Shown: positions 24,051 through 35,938, numbered from the stretch's first letter. The stretch: 52,784 nucleotides of DNA from Chiloscyllium plagiosum (GCF_004010195.1 NC_057720.1:15271911-15324694), one strand, 5' to 3'. Numbers and translations: made by a program. Notes: generated by a model not told the origin, from the sequence alone.

Positions 24051-25002
24051 TTTAATTAGGCAACCAAGGGGGTGAGATGGTTAATTTCTATACTTGATTG
24101 TAACTCATCAGATGAAATGCTTATCGATCCCTTTATTACCTTTAGATCGAGATTTGATCATTCCAGTACTTACCTCTGGCATTCTGCCTTGCGCCCTACA
24201 CAAAAAAAAGTTCATATTTAAAGCCAGGGTGATACTTTGACAAAATAGCAGCATGTGACCAAAGGATCCCCAGGAATTGACAGTTGTGGTATGCTTTGTC
24301 AGTGAGTCTATCTATGTAGAAAGTATCAAGCAAGAAATGTGAAAGAGTAAACAGTCACTTTATGTTCTGTTGTTACTTTGATGGAATATCTGATATACCT
24401 GCAGCATTGCCAAAACGGGAATAATTGAACAGTTTGTCCAGGCCGAGCTTCACTGCTCTCTCCAAATCCGTTCCACCTTTGTCTCAACCCGTTGTAAGTT
24501 TATGTATGTCACATCATCATAATTCTGAAATGAGAGTAAAAAATGTCAATGTATGATATAACTGAACTCTCACCAAAGTACATCAATGCTGAGAGAACTG
24601 TCCCAAGTCCAGGTGTGGAAGAGTCTCCATCTTCTGGAGGGACTGAGCCTGAAACAGAGTTTGAGGTTTTTAATGGGATTCCTGACAGCAGCACTTCCTG
24701 ATTGATTCCCTTTCTCTCACTCTTTCACCTTTCATGTTGTCATGTTTGACTCGCCTTGCTCCTTCCCTTTGGGTTTTCAATAGCAACGTTTAGAGAATAT
24801 TATTGAAATCCTTCGAACATTGAGCCAATGTTAATGACCACATGTCCCTGTGTTGTGTATCTCACTATGTTTAACACATTATTTAAACAGAGAAGTGCCT
24901 TGGGGAATGAGGGATGGGCAACAAAGTTCAGCTATGCCAGTGTCACCTTAATTGAATGAAAGGATAAAAACACCATTACTTACACCCTGCTGAATTGGGG
25001 CA

Positions 25003-25075
25003 GGTGATGGCCTCGCAGGATTTATCACCAGGCTATTAATCCAGAAACCCAGATCATGTTCTGGGGAACTGGACT
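25003..25075 (+). mobile_element. tRNA-derived SINE head fragment (same family as 29948-30490)
   Basis: TTAATCCAGAAACCCAGATCATGTTCTGGGGA matches 30210-30241. Confidence 0.55.
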
Positions 25076-25077
25076 TT

Positions 25078-25655
25078 CCTTTATTGGTTAGGCCATTGTT
25101 GGAATATTGCGTGCAATTCTGGTCTTCCTATCGGAAAGATGTTGTGAATCCTAAAAGGGTTCAGAAAATATTTATAAGAATGTTGCCAGGGTTGGAGGAT
25201 TTGAGCTATAGGGAGAGGTTGAATAGGCTAGGGCTGTTTTCCCTGGAGCTTCGGAGGCTGAGGAGGTGACCTTACAGAGGTTTACAAAATCATGAGGGGC
25301 ATGGATAGGATAAATAGACAAAAGTCTTTTCCCTGGGGTGGAGGAGTCCAGAACTAAAGGGCATGGGTTTAGGGTGAGAGGGGAAAGATATGAAAGAGAT
25401 CTAAAGGGGAACTTCTTCATGCAGAAGGTGGTATGTATTTGGAATGAGCTGCCAGAGGATGTGGAGACTGGTACAATTGCAACATTTAAAAGGCATTTGG
25501 ATGGGTATATGACTAGGAAGGGTTTGGAGGGATGTGGGCTGGGTGCTGGCAGGTGGGACTAGATTGGGATGGGATATCTGGTTGGCATGGACGGGTTGGA
25601 CCGAAGGGTCTGTTTCCATGCTGTACATCTCTGTGAGTCTATGTCTCTATGACTC
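25078..25655 (+). mobile_element. CR1 (HER1-like) 3' fragment
   Basis: VRPLLEYCVQFWS..RLGLFSLE; 3' UTR of the same family as the copy ending at 5217. Confidence 0.93.
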
Positions 25656-26629
25656 ACCCCACTCTTATGCTTGCAGACCTACACTTGGTTCTGCAGTGCC
25701 TTAATTTTAAGATTTGTACCATTGTTTTCAGGTGCCTTCCTGGTCACCCTTGTCCTACAGCCCTACAGTAGTGCTTCAAATTGCTAAAATCATCCGATTC
25801 AGGCCTCTGGAGCATGTCAGTGTTAATTGGTCATGTTCATTTTGCTGCCCAAGCCTTAAACTCCAGAATTCCCTTCTTTGTTTCTCTTCCCTTCTTAAGG
25901 TCCCGCTTAACATATGTCTCTTTGACCAAGCTTTTGGTCAGCTCCTCTAATATCTTCTCTGTTGCTCAGTGTCATCAATGTATCTATCGATAAATCATTC
26001 TTGTTCTGCATCTGAGAGCATGTTATGTTAAAGGCAATGTGTAAATGCAAGTTATTCATCAAGTTATTCCATAAAACTGTAGTTAACTAAAAAGCAATAC
26101 ATTTTACTTTATGAAATACTTTGACTAATATCAATGCTTAGGTAAGTGAGTAGGATATTGCAATGCTTACTTTTTTAGAATATTGTTTACAGTGAGCTTT
26201 TTAAGTCTTTTCATTTTAGATATCTATTTGCAATGTGTACAAAACCATCTGTACTGATATTATAATTTTACCTAAACACATCAAAAGCAAGCAGCTCAGT
26301 TGGCATCAAGAAATTTGCACCTCCTGTTTAAACTCTCACTTGTATGATAAACTGAGATGAAAGGCACACCTACCAATTATCTGGCATGGAAAGGCAGTTG
26401 AGCTAGACTCAGTGATTCTCACTGAATTGCATTTTGACCATTGCTTTTGAGTAGCAGATCATGGTGAAAGAAGCAATGATTTCTAAGCAAATCTAGGAAG
26501 ATCTCTCTCATCTTGCCTGTTTCACTCAGCATATTTCACTTGGTGAGAAAGGAAATTAGGAAATTTCTTTAGAAACCAGACAATCTCTGAGAACTGAAGA
26601 TTTTGCCACTGTAAGGATACGTGTGGGGT

Positions 26630-26730
26630 GGAGTGGTACTGTACCGACCTCTGAGCCAGAAGGCCTGAGTTTTTGATTCCCCACCTGCTCTAGAGGTATG
26701 CTGTAATAACTCTGAACAGATTAAATTGAA
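26630..26730 (+). mobile_element. Short tRNA-like SINE (same family as 37306-37590)
   Basis: CCTCTGAGCCAGAAGG..CCCACCTGCTCTAGAGGT..CTCTGAACAG. Confidence 0.5.
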
Positions 26731-27339
26731 AAAAGATATGCATCAACAATTGATCAGCTGTGGCCTTAGCACCTCAAGGCTTCTGAGTACTTCTAAACTG
26801 CGCATCTTTTTCCTGTCTGTATCATTATAAACAAATTACCTGTGTTTGATGTCACATTTTTATGTATTTTTCTTCTTGGTCAGTAGGTAATCGAATTACT
26901 CTTTCTGTCTCTCAAAAACACCTTGTAATTAATTGGGTCCTTCATTTTGATCTGGAAACTAACCTTTAATTGACATGTTACATATCTACACACTAAAATC
27001 TTTTAAAAAAAGTTTTGTGGCCAGTAGAGGTTCAAAGCAAGGGGTGCCAATTCCTCTTCCTCAGCTGATCCTAACAGTTTCTTGCTCTAAAACCGGACAG
27101 CAATGTTTTTCTGGTTTCAAAATACCTACATGGTGCTTCTGTGAACAAAGAATTGAGATCTCGTTCAGTGAAGCTGGGCAGCAGAGCCAGAGAAAACCAA
27201 CTGCTTCACACAGTAAAAATATAAAAGGACTGTGAGCTATTTGTCTATCAGAACGTGCAAAAAATTCAATTTAAATAGTCGATTATATTTCTTCAATCTC
27301 AATTCTTGCTTTCAACTTTTTTGTTATATGGTGAAGTCA

Positions 27340-28030
27340 TATGATCAAGAGTTGGCCATTTGAACCTACTCCACCATTTGATAAGATGAAGGCAGTTCTG
27401 ATTTTAACCTGAACTCTTCATCCCTGATAATCTTTCATCCACCTGGTCATCAAGAATCTATCTACTTCTTAAAAACTTAAAAAGATTCTGTGTCCACTGT
27501 CTTTTGAAGAATGAATTCCAAAACTCTCGACCCTTTCAGAGAAACACCAGTTTTGTTTTAAATGGGCCCCTAGTTCTTGATTCTCCCACAAGAGGAAACA
27601 TCCTTTTGGCATCCAACCAGTCAAGGCCCCTCAAGATCTTGTATGTTCCAATTAAGTCACCTCTAAACACTTAGAAATTCCAGAGGATACAGTCTTAGCC
27701 TGTCTCGCCATTACCCATAAAGTGTGAACTCATTCCAGGTATTATATAATAAAACTTCTCTGAAACACTTGTGTGCATTAACATCTTTCCCAAAGTTCAA
27801 CACTCCAGATGCTACCTCACTTATCTCCCTACTTTTGCATTCATTCCCCTTCCAAAAACCAGAGTGTTCTATTAACCTTCCTGATTACTTGCTCCATATT
27901 TGCAATCTATGATTCATGTACCAGGATACCCAGATCTTTCTGTATCTTCCTCCTTTTAGACAATTTTCCTTGCAGGACATCTTTATATGTACTAAAAACA
28001 TGTTTATGTTATCCATCATTGTATACTGTG
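27340..28030 (-). mobile_element. Degraded CR1 3' fragment
   Basis: CAAGAATCTATCTAC, CCCCTAGTTCTTGATTCTCCCACAAGAGGAAACATC. Confidence 0.65.
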
Positions 28031-28599
28031 TGTAGGCAAGTTTTGGATGGGAAGAGCCTAACAAAATGTCATCCACTATAAAATAGTTTACCATTTCCAA
28101 TTTGACCATTTGTGAGGATTTTTAAGAATGTAACGCTGGCTGCCTCGCAACTCCACCCAAAGACAATACTTTAATATTGTTTGACTTATGCAGTTAAGAC
28201 ACCTAACTTATACTGTTGTTCAAAAAAACATGAATGAGAGTGTATGAGTACCTCCAAAGGTTGTGGGGTTAGAAATAACAGGTATAGAGGGATGAGGCCA
28301 TGGATAGGCTTGAAAACAAGCGTGAGAATTTTAAAGTGTAATAAATGTAACGTTTGCATGGGACCTGGCATTAATAAAAGCTTGGGAGCCGAGTTTTAGC
28401 TGGCCTCAGGTTTAATAAGGAATATTTCCAAATAATAAGAGCAAGAAGAGGAAGTCTACAATTGGACAGAATAAATTACCTGTAATGAAAGAGTGGTGGC
28501 AAATGATTGGAGAGTAGTTACGTTCCAGTTTTAAAGAAGGTGAGAAGCACAATTCTGTGTGTTAGCCTGCAGGCTCCTGGCATTAAAATATCAATGCTA

Positions 28600-28730
28600 A
28601 AACAAAATACTGTGGATGCTGGAAGTCTGAAACAAAGACAGAAAATGCAAGAAATACTCAGCAGATCTGACAGCATCGGTGGAGAAAAAAACATTTCATG
28701 CTTCAAATTGATGACATTTTATCAGAACTC
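28600..28730. mobile_element. Penelope-like terminal repeat fragment
   Basis: CAAAATACTGTGGATGCTGGAA..AATACTCAGCAGATCTGACAGCATC. Confidence 0.6.
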
Positions 28731-28858
28731 CCAGTTGCGCTTGTTTGTAACATGTATTTGTTGAGCAATAGACAGTAGTTAAAGGCATTGGCCAAATGTA
28801 CGAAAGATAATCCATCTTCTGAGTGTATAATGGGTTAGCAAGTGATTGATTATAATGT

Positions 28859-29316
28859 ATAAAAGCAAATTACTGCAGATGCTGGAATCTGAAACCAAAA
28901 GAGAAAATGCTGAAAAATCTCAGCAGGCCTAGCAGCATCTGTAAGGACAGAAAAGAGCTGACGTTTCGAGTCCAACTGACCCTTTGTCAAAGCCTGAATG
29001 TGAAGGCTGGTGGGGTGAAAGGTGAGAACAAGAGGGACCCTATCCTTGTTCTGGGAGGAGAGGGAGGGGGTGAGAGTCGTGGGGTGGGAGTTGAACCGCA
29101 CGCTGACGAGAGCCCTGTCAACAACTTCCCACCTACAGTTGTTGACAGGGCTCTCGACAGCGTGCAGTCCATCTCCCGTGCCACGACCCTCACCCCCTCC
29201 CTCCACTCCCAGAACAAGGATAGGGTCCCTCTTGTTCTCACCTTTCACCCTACCAGCCTTCACGTGCAAAGAATAATCCTCTGCCATTTTCACCAACTCC
29301 AACACGACACCACCAC
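28859..29316. mobile_element. Internally deleted, 5'-inverted Penelope insertion (same family as 1966-4142)
   Basis: 14-bp TSD ATTGATTATAATGT (28845-28858, 29317-29330); terminal repeat 28859-28994; ~128-bp imperfect inverted repeat ~28998-29126 / 29137-29265 encoding QNKDRVPLVLTFH. Confidence 0.9.
28956..28994 (-). ncRNA. Minimal type-I hammerhead ribozyme motif, U3-A8 variant, apparently intact
   Basis: Minus strand GGCT-TTGACAA-A-GGGTC-agttg-GACTC-GAAA-CGTC-AGCT. Confidence 0.75.
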
Positions 29317-29981
29317 ATTGATTATAATGTGCTGAATTATTGGATGCACTGGCTGCTCTAAAGGATACTGTAGATTTGTGTGCTTCATATGAGATTACCT
29401 GATGTGAAATAATAATAATAATTTGGCAGCTGTGATCCACAGAATGTTTTTAAAACTGGAAATCTTGAAAAACAAGGGAGCCGAGAGTTATGGGGAGCAT
29501 GCAACAATGTGAATTTGAGGCCAAGAGCAGATTAGCCATGATCTCACTGAACGGTGGAACAAGCTAGAGGAGCCATATGGGCTCCTGCTGCTCTGATTTC
29601 TTATGTCACATTCTTACAAGCCGAAAGAAGTAGTATTGGCAACTATTTGACCCAGGAGGAAATTGCAGTTTAGCCCAATCCAGTTCACATACTACACATT
29701 TTTCAACAAGTCCTTAGATAGCAACTGGCAATGGGCACCTGAGTGCTGCAGCCAACTGTAGCTGTCCCGGTTGAAATCAGCCAACCTGGCTGAGAGTCAA
29801 ATTTAGAGCTTTCTCTTCTATGTGCTTCACTAGTCAGCTCTTTTATCCATTCGACTATTAGGACGAACTTAATATGCTCACAAAAAAAATCTTTTTGAGT
29901 TCCAGAAATTAGAATGGCCCATGTAAGAGAGAAAGAGAGAAGCAATAGCATAGTGGTATTATCACTGGACTGTTATCCAGA

Positions 29982-30207
29982 GAAGACAAAAGTGAGGACT
30001 GCCAATGCTGGAGATTAGAGTCAAGAGTGCTGTGCTGGAAATGCACAACAGGTCAGGCAGCATCTGAGGAGCAGGAAAATCAACATTTTGTGCAAAAGCC
30101 CTTCATCAGGATGGGCTCTGATGAAGGGCTTTTGCCCGAAACATTGATTTTCCTGCTCATCAGATGCTGCCTGACCTGCTGTGCTCTTCCTGCACCACAC
30201 TCTCGAA
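29982..30207. mobile_element. Fold-back Penelope-derived mini-element with two divergent hammerhead motifs
   Basis: Long imperfect inverted repeat centred ~30113; imperfect TSD TGTTA(A)TCCAGA at 29971-29981 and 30208-30219. Confidence 0.85.
30118..30148 (+). ncRNA. Hammerhead ribozyme core motif (canonical CUGAUGA..GAAA), partly decayed
   Basis: CTGATGA-A-GGGC-tttt-GCCC-GAAA-CATT-GAT; mirror copy on minus at 30079-30112. Confidence 0.7.
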
Positions 30208-30499
30208 TGTTAATCCAGAAACCCATGCAATGTTCTGGGGACCCGGGTTCAAATCCTACCACAACAGTTGGGGGAATTTGAGTTCAATAAAAACCTGGCA
30301 TGAAAGAGTCTTATCAGGAAAAACCCATCTGGTTCACAAATGTTCTGTAGGGAAGGACAGCAGTCCTTACCTGCTCCCAATGTGACTCCAGACCCACAGC
30401 AATGTGATTGTTTCTTAACTGTGCTCTGAGTATTCAGGGATGGGCAATAATTTGCTGGCCTAACCGGCAATGCCCACGTCCTGAAGGAATAAATAATAG

Positions 30500-30870
30500 A
30501 GGCGATAACATATTGCCTTTCATAACCTCAGGATAGTGTACCAGTGAAGTTTAGTCATTGTTCTGATACACATTAATTGCAGATGCACTACAAGTTACAC
30601 TGTCAGAATAATCTATTTTAATGATGTATATTGAATATATATTGACCAGGAAATGAGATAGAGTACTCTACTCTTCAAACTTGTACCTTGCAATATTTTT
30701 GATCCATTAGCAAGAGCAGATGTGGCCTCAGTTTAATGTCTCAATCAAAAGACAACATCACTGATAGTGGAGTGAAAGCCGAGGATTTATTGCCCAATGC
30801 TCTGGAGTGAGGGTTGATCTTCTAGATTAGATATGAGAGTGTTATTTACTGAGTTCATGGCTGATATGAT
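30500..30870 (-). mobile_element. Old Deu-SINE-like element (AmnSINE1/SacSINE1 type)
   Basis: GCCTTTCATAACCTCAGGA..GGCCTCAGTTTAATGTCTCA..AAAGACA; similar copy at 46190-46580. Confidence 0.5.
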
Positions 30871-30989
30871 GGTGGTAATTTGAAAAACAAAATGGGATAT
30901 TTGGAAAAAAGGGATTAGGTTTCTAAGGTGTTATATGGATAACTCATAAAAATAAATTAGAAAAAGGCTATGTGAAGTTATTTGTTTTA

Positions 30990-33310
30990 ATTGTCTTAAA
31001 TTCAGACTATTTCTGAAAAGGTGAGAGACTGGGAAGTGTTGAACTTCAAAATGACTTGGACGTCCTTGTACATGAGTCACTTACAACTAACAAACAGGCA
31101 CAACCAGCAGTTAAGAAAGCCAATGGTATATTGACTTTTACGGGCGAGGATTTGAGTATGGGAGTAAAAATGCCTTAGCGCAGTTAGTTGGAATTTTGGT
31201 GAGAATGCACCTGGAATATCATTTAATGTGATTGTAATGTAATTTTAGCTTCCTTATGGAATAATACACTTGCCATTGAGTGAGTGCAAAGCACTTACCG
31301 TAAGACCATAATAAATAGGAACAGGATTGGGCCACTTGGCCTGTAAAGCCTGCTTTAACATTCAATTGGATCATGGCTGATCCAACGTTCCTCACATTCA
31401 CTTTCCTGCCTTTTCCCCCATAACCTTTGATTTCCTGACTGATCAAGAGTCTATCACAGCCCTGAATATACAGAGGGACTGTACCCCCACAGCTGTCTGT
31501 GACAAAGAGTTCAAAAGACTCTCAACCCTGTCAGTCTTAAATTGGGGTCCCTTTATTTTGAGACCATGCCCTGTAGTTCTAGACACTCCCATGAATGGAA
31601 GTATCCTCTCAGCATTTAGCCTGTCAAGCTCGTTAAGAACCTATGTGTTTCAATCAGATCACCTCTCATTCTCCTTAACCCTAATGAGTAGAGTTCCAAC
31701 CATTTTAATCTTTCTCATAAGCCAATCCCTCGAGACCAGGGATCATTCTAGTGAATCTTCTGTGAACTGCGTCCAATTGAATATCTTTCCTTAAATAAGG
31801 GGATCAAAACTGCTCTAGATGTAGTCTCACCAGTACTTTTCACAGTTGAAGTAAGACTTACTCTTTACTCCAACCCTCTTGAAATAAGGGCCAGCATTCT
31901 AGCAGACTTTCTGATTACCTGCTGTACCTGTGTTTCATGCAGAAGTACCCCCAAGTCCCATTGTGTTGCAGCTTTTTCTCAATTTAAATAATACTCTGTA
32001 ATGCTATTCTCCTTTCCAAAATAAACAACTTGGCATTTTCCTACAGTATACTCCATTTGCCAACCTTTTGTCCACTCACCAATCTATCAATTTCTCTCTG
32101 TAAACTATTTGTATCCCTTGCCCTTCCACCTATTTTAATGTTGTCTATAGTACATTATTTTCATTTTTCCAAGTCATTAATATATATTGCGGTCCCAGCA
32201 CTGTTTCCTGTGGAACTCCACTGATCACAGGTTACCAGCCTCAAAAGGAACCCTTTATCCCCACTCAATGTTTCCAACCCATGAGCCAATTCTTGATCTG
32301 CAGTTTTTTTGTCTCTAATATACTAACCCCAGCACAGTGGGCTGTTTTCTTGTGACTTGACCTTTTTATGGACGAACATGTTGAATGCCTACTAGAAATA
32401 TAAATAATAGTACATCTAAAGAAAGTACCTCTGAGGAAGGTATAGAGGAGATGTCAGAGGTAGGTTCTTTATGCAGAGAGTTGTGAATGCATGGAATGCG
32501 TTGCCAGCGGTGGTGGTGGAAGCAGAGTCATTAGGGACATTTAAGCAGTTGCTGGACATGCACATGGATAGCAGTGAGTTGAGGGGTGCGTAGGTTAGGT
32601 TATTTTATTTTAGATTAGGATTAATCCTCAACACAACATCATGGGCTGAAGGGCCTGTTCTGTGCTGTACTTTTCTATGTTCTTATTGATTCTGGTTGAG
32701 ACTTCCTCAAAAAACTCTAATAAATTAGTCAGATATGATTTCCATTTCACGTAGCTATGCTGACTGTGCTTCATTGGATTATGATTTTCCAAATGTTCTG
32801 CTATTGCTTCCTTAATAATAGATTCTTATATGGTTCTGACAATAGATGTCAGGCTAATTGGCCTATAGTTACCACTTTTGCCTCCTTCCCTTTTTAAATT
32901 GGGATGCCACATTAATCTCTAGAGCTTAGAAGAATGGGAAGTGATTTCATTCACACATAAAATCTGTACAGGGCCTGACTGGGTTATTGCATAAAGATCT
33001 TTTGTCAGGAGTGGGTGGTGTGATCTAAGACCACCATGCAGCCTCAAAATAAAGGGTAGACATTTTAGGATAGAGATTGGGAGCAAGTTCTTCTCTCAGA
33101 GGGTAGTGAATCTTTGGAACTGTCTGCTTCAGAGAGCTGAGATGCCTAGGTCATAGAGTACCTTCAAGACTGAGATCAATACAGAGTGTACGAATGAGGA
33201 ACATCAAGAGATACAGTGATGGTGAAGGAATTGACCATGATTTCATTGAATGGCAGAGCAGGCTTGAGGGGCTAAATGGCCTAATCCCACTTCTATTTCT
33301 TACATTCTTA
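30990..33310. mobile_element. Cluster of nested degraded CR1 fragments (+ ~30990-31300; - ~31305-32890; + ~32425-32683; + ~32915-33310)
   Basis: CR1 3'-coding and UTR remnants on both strands. Confidence 0.7.
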
Positions 33311-33599
33311 TTTTATGTAGCCAAAAATATTATGAACAGCATGTGCTATTTCACATAAAGGGTGCAACAAAAGTAGTTATAGTGTGCAATTCCAAATATT
33401 TGAGCACATCATCTCATGCTAACATGTCAATGCAATATTAAAGGGGATCTGGACTGTTTGGACTGGGTTCTGATTCTTTGCTGAAACATGCAACTGAGAT
33501 CCGTCTGCCATCCCAGAAAGTTTTTAAAAAATGCATTATTTGAAGAAAGGTAGTGGAACACTCCTGGTGTCTTGGTCCAGATTCACCCCTCCATCAATT

Positions 33600-33900
33600 T
33601 CATGATGTCGCGGTGCCAGTGTTGGACTGGGGTGGACAAGGTCAGAAGTCACATGACACCAGGTTATAGGAGAAAGTGAGGACTGCAGATGATGGAGATC
33701 AGAGTTGAGAGCGTGGTGCTGGAAAAGCACAGCAGGTCAGGCAGCATCCGAGGATCAGGAGCGTATGCCCGAAACGTCAATTCTCCTGCTTCTCGGATGT
33801 TGCCTGACCTGCTGTGCTTTTCCAGCACCACACTCTTGGCCAGGTTATAGTCCAAAGTGTTTATTTGAAATCACAAGCTTTTGGAGTGCTGCTCCTTCAT
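33600..33900 (-). mobile_element. Penelope-like terminal repeat (second family) with truncated hammerhead, split by a nested fold-back element
   Basis: 33871-33900 minus strand ATGA-A-GGAG-cagca-CTCC-AAAA-GCTT-GTG; otherwise similar to 16489-16595. Confidence 0.7.
33670..33839. mobile_element. Fold-back Penelope-derived mini-element
   Basis: 11-bp TSD CCAGGTTATAG (33659-33669, 33840-33850); inverted arms; centre retains GCCC-GAAA-CGTC. Confidence 0.85.
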
Positions 33901-33901
33901 A

Positions 33902-34045
33902 GCTGGATGGATTTATGGATAGGAAGGGTTTAGAGGGATATGGGCCAAATGTTGGCAAATGGGACTAGATTAGGTTAGGTTATCTGGTCGGATCGACAAG
34001 TTGGATCAAAGGGTCTGTTTCCCTGCTGTACAGCTCTATGACTCC
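33902..34045 (+). mobile_element. CR1 3' tail
   Basis: ATAGGAAGGGTTTAGAGGGATATGGGCC..CTCTATGACTC. Confidence 0.85.
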
Positions 34046-34291
34046 AATTATTATAGTGTCTTAGACCAGGTACACCATCCAAACTATCACCATCTCCAAT
34101 GTGCTTGTTATTAAATGAGTAAAGCAGGTTATGATAACACTTTGAAATCCACTTTAATTGACAAGAAATAAAAGTTAATATGCAATCTACTTACTCCTTT
34201 CCTTACATTATCACTGACAAATTTGAAATCAGACAACTTAAATCCCCAAGAAAAGGAAAGAGAAGTTCAATGACAGGTGTCTTCAACAATG

Positions 34292-34558
34292 ACAGAGACC
34301 CGGGTTCAATTCCCGCCTCAGGTGACTGTCTGTGTGGAGTTTGCACATTCTCCCCGTGTCTGTGTGGGTTTCCCCCGGGTGCTCAGGTTTCCTCCCACAG
34401 TCCAAAAATGTGCAGGTCAGGTGAATTGGCCATGCTAAATTGACCGTAGTGTTAGGTGTAGGGGAATGGGTCTGGGTGCACGCGCTTCGGCAGGTCGGTG
34501 TGGACTTGTTGGGCCGAAGGGTCTGTTTCCACACTGTAAGTAATCTAATCTAATCTAA
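34292..34558 (+). mobile_element. HE1-like V-SINE, 5'-truncated
   Basis: B-box GGTTCAATTCC, V-domain, (AATCT)n tail. Confidence 0.9.
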
Positions 34559-35542
34559 TGCCATACAGCTTTTTATGGGCAAATAAATTTTGTATCTATT
34601 TCTCTTTGAAATGTTCTTTTGTTTATTGTTCTTAATTGGATGTTAATGAACTCAAATCTATCTCAGAAATAACCATATTCAGGATGACTCTTGGAATACC
34701 TTACTCCTCAGGCCCATTGCTCAGGCCCAAAGCCACCGTTTTTATTGTGTGTATCTTGGCACCCCCATTATAATAAACTTATCAATCTCTTGTTTACTTA
34801 TAAATTTCTTGTCTACTTTATTCATAAACTGTGCCAGGTGAAGCAAGTTATAAATACAGATGTGAACAAGTACTCACAGCTGTGAAGCCCTGGATACCAC
34901 ACATTCAGTATGTCACTTCCAAAATTGGGTACCTGCTCATATATCACTTACTCATGTTGCTGAGGTTTGCTGGGGTTAACTTAGAAGACAATGTAGAAGG
35001 CAAAAATTATAGAGATACATTGACTGCAAAAAGCTCATATTATCAGGCTCTAAAGCTTGTTGTGCACAGCAGGAGTGTCCATCCCTAGTAGGACTTAATC
35101 TCTTGAGCCTGTATCCCAATATATGATCATATCACCAATAGAAAATGAACATTCAACAATTGACCAACTGAGTCATGTCATTTCCTGTTCTCCTGCATTT
35201 TACATGTCCTTGGGTTCCACTACATGTATATCTTCTGAAAGCTGCATCTCATTTACCTAGCTTTGCATGTCACTTGTTAACAACCTTTGCCTCCAAAGGA
35301 CTCTAGACTGAATAGCTTTGTTTGCCCATAGTGTTAGATGTATTAGTCAGAAGGAAATGGGTCTGGGTGGGTTGGGCCGAAGGGCCTGTTTCCACACTGT
35401 AGGGCATCTAATTGACTGATGCTGAACAGACAAAGGCAGGATTGAGGTATCATAGCAAGATAAGTCGCAAAGTTGATTGTGGCATGATGAGGTTTATATG
35501 ATGACTTTGCCCTGCTAACCAGCTATGGCCATAAAACAAGTT

Positions 35543-35938
35543 GAAGCTGAGGGGTGACCTTATAGAGATTTACAAAATTATGAGGGGCATGGATAGGGTA
35601 AATCGGCAAAGTCTTTTCCCTGGGGTGGGAAAGTCCAGAACTAGAGGGCGTAGGTTTAAGGTGAGAGGGGAAAGATATAAAAGAGACCTAAGGGGTAACT
35701 TTTTCATGCAGATGGTGGTGCATGTGTGGAATGAGCTGCCAGAGGAGATGGTGGAGGCTGTTACAATTGCAACATTTAAAAGGCATTTGGATGGGTATAT
35801 GAATAGGAAGGGTTTGGAGGGATATGGGCCGGGTGCTGGCAGGTGGGATTAGATTGGGTTGGGATATCTGGTTGGCATGGACGGGTTGGACTGAGGGGTC
35901 TGTTTCCGTGCTGTACATCTCTATGACTCTATGACTCT
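35543..35938 (+). mobile_element. CR1 3' fragment
   Basis: LRGDLIEIYKIMRG..RTRGRRF; tail (CTATGACT)2. Confidence 0.93.

Larger units (their letters stand above)
29948..30490 (+). mobile_element. tRNA-headed SINE sharing both ends with the LINE at 5423-8492; interrupted by a fold-back element
   Basis: A-box-like TAGTGGTATTATCACT, B-box GGTTCAAATCC, body similar to 5430-5630, tail GGGCAATAATTTGCTGGCC..GCCCAC. Confidence 0.75.
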
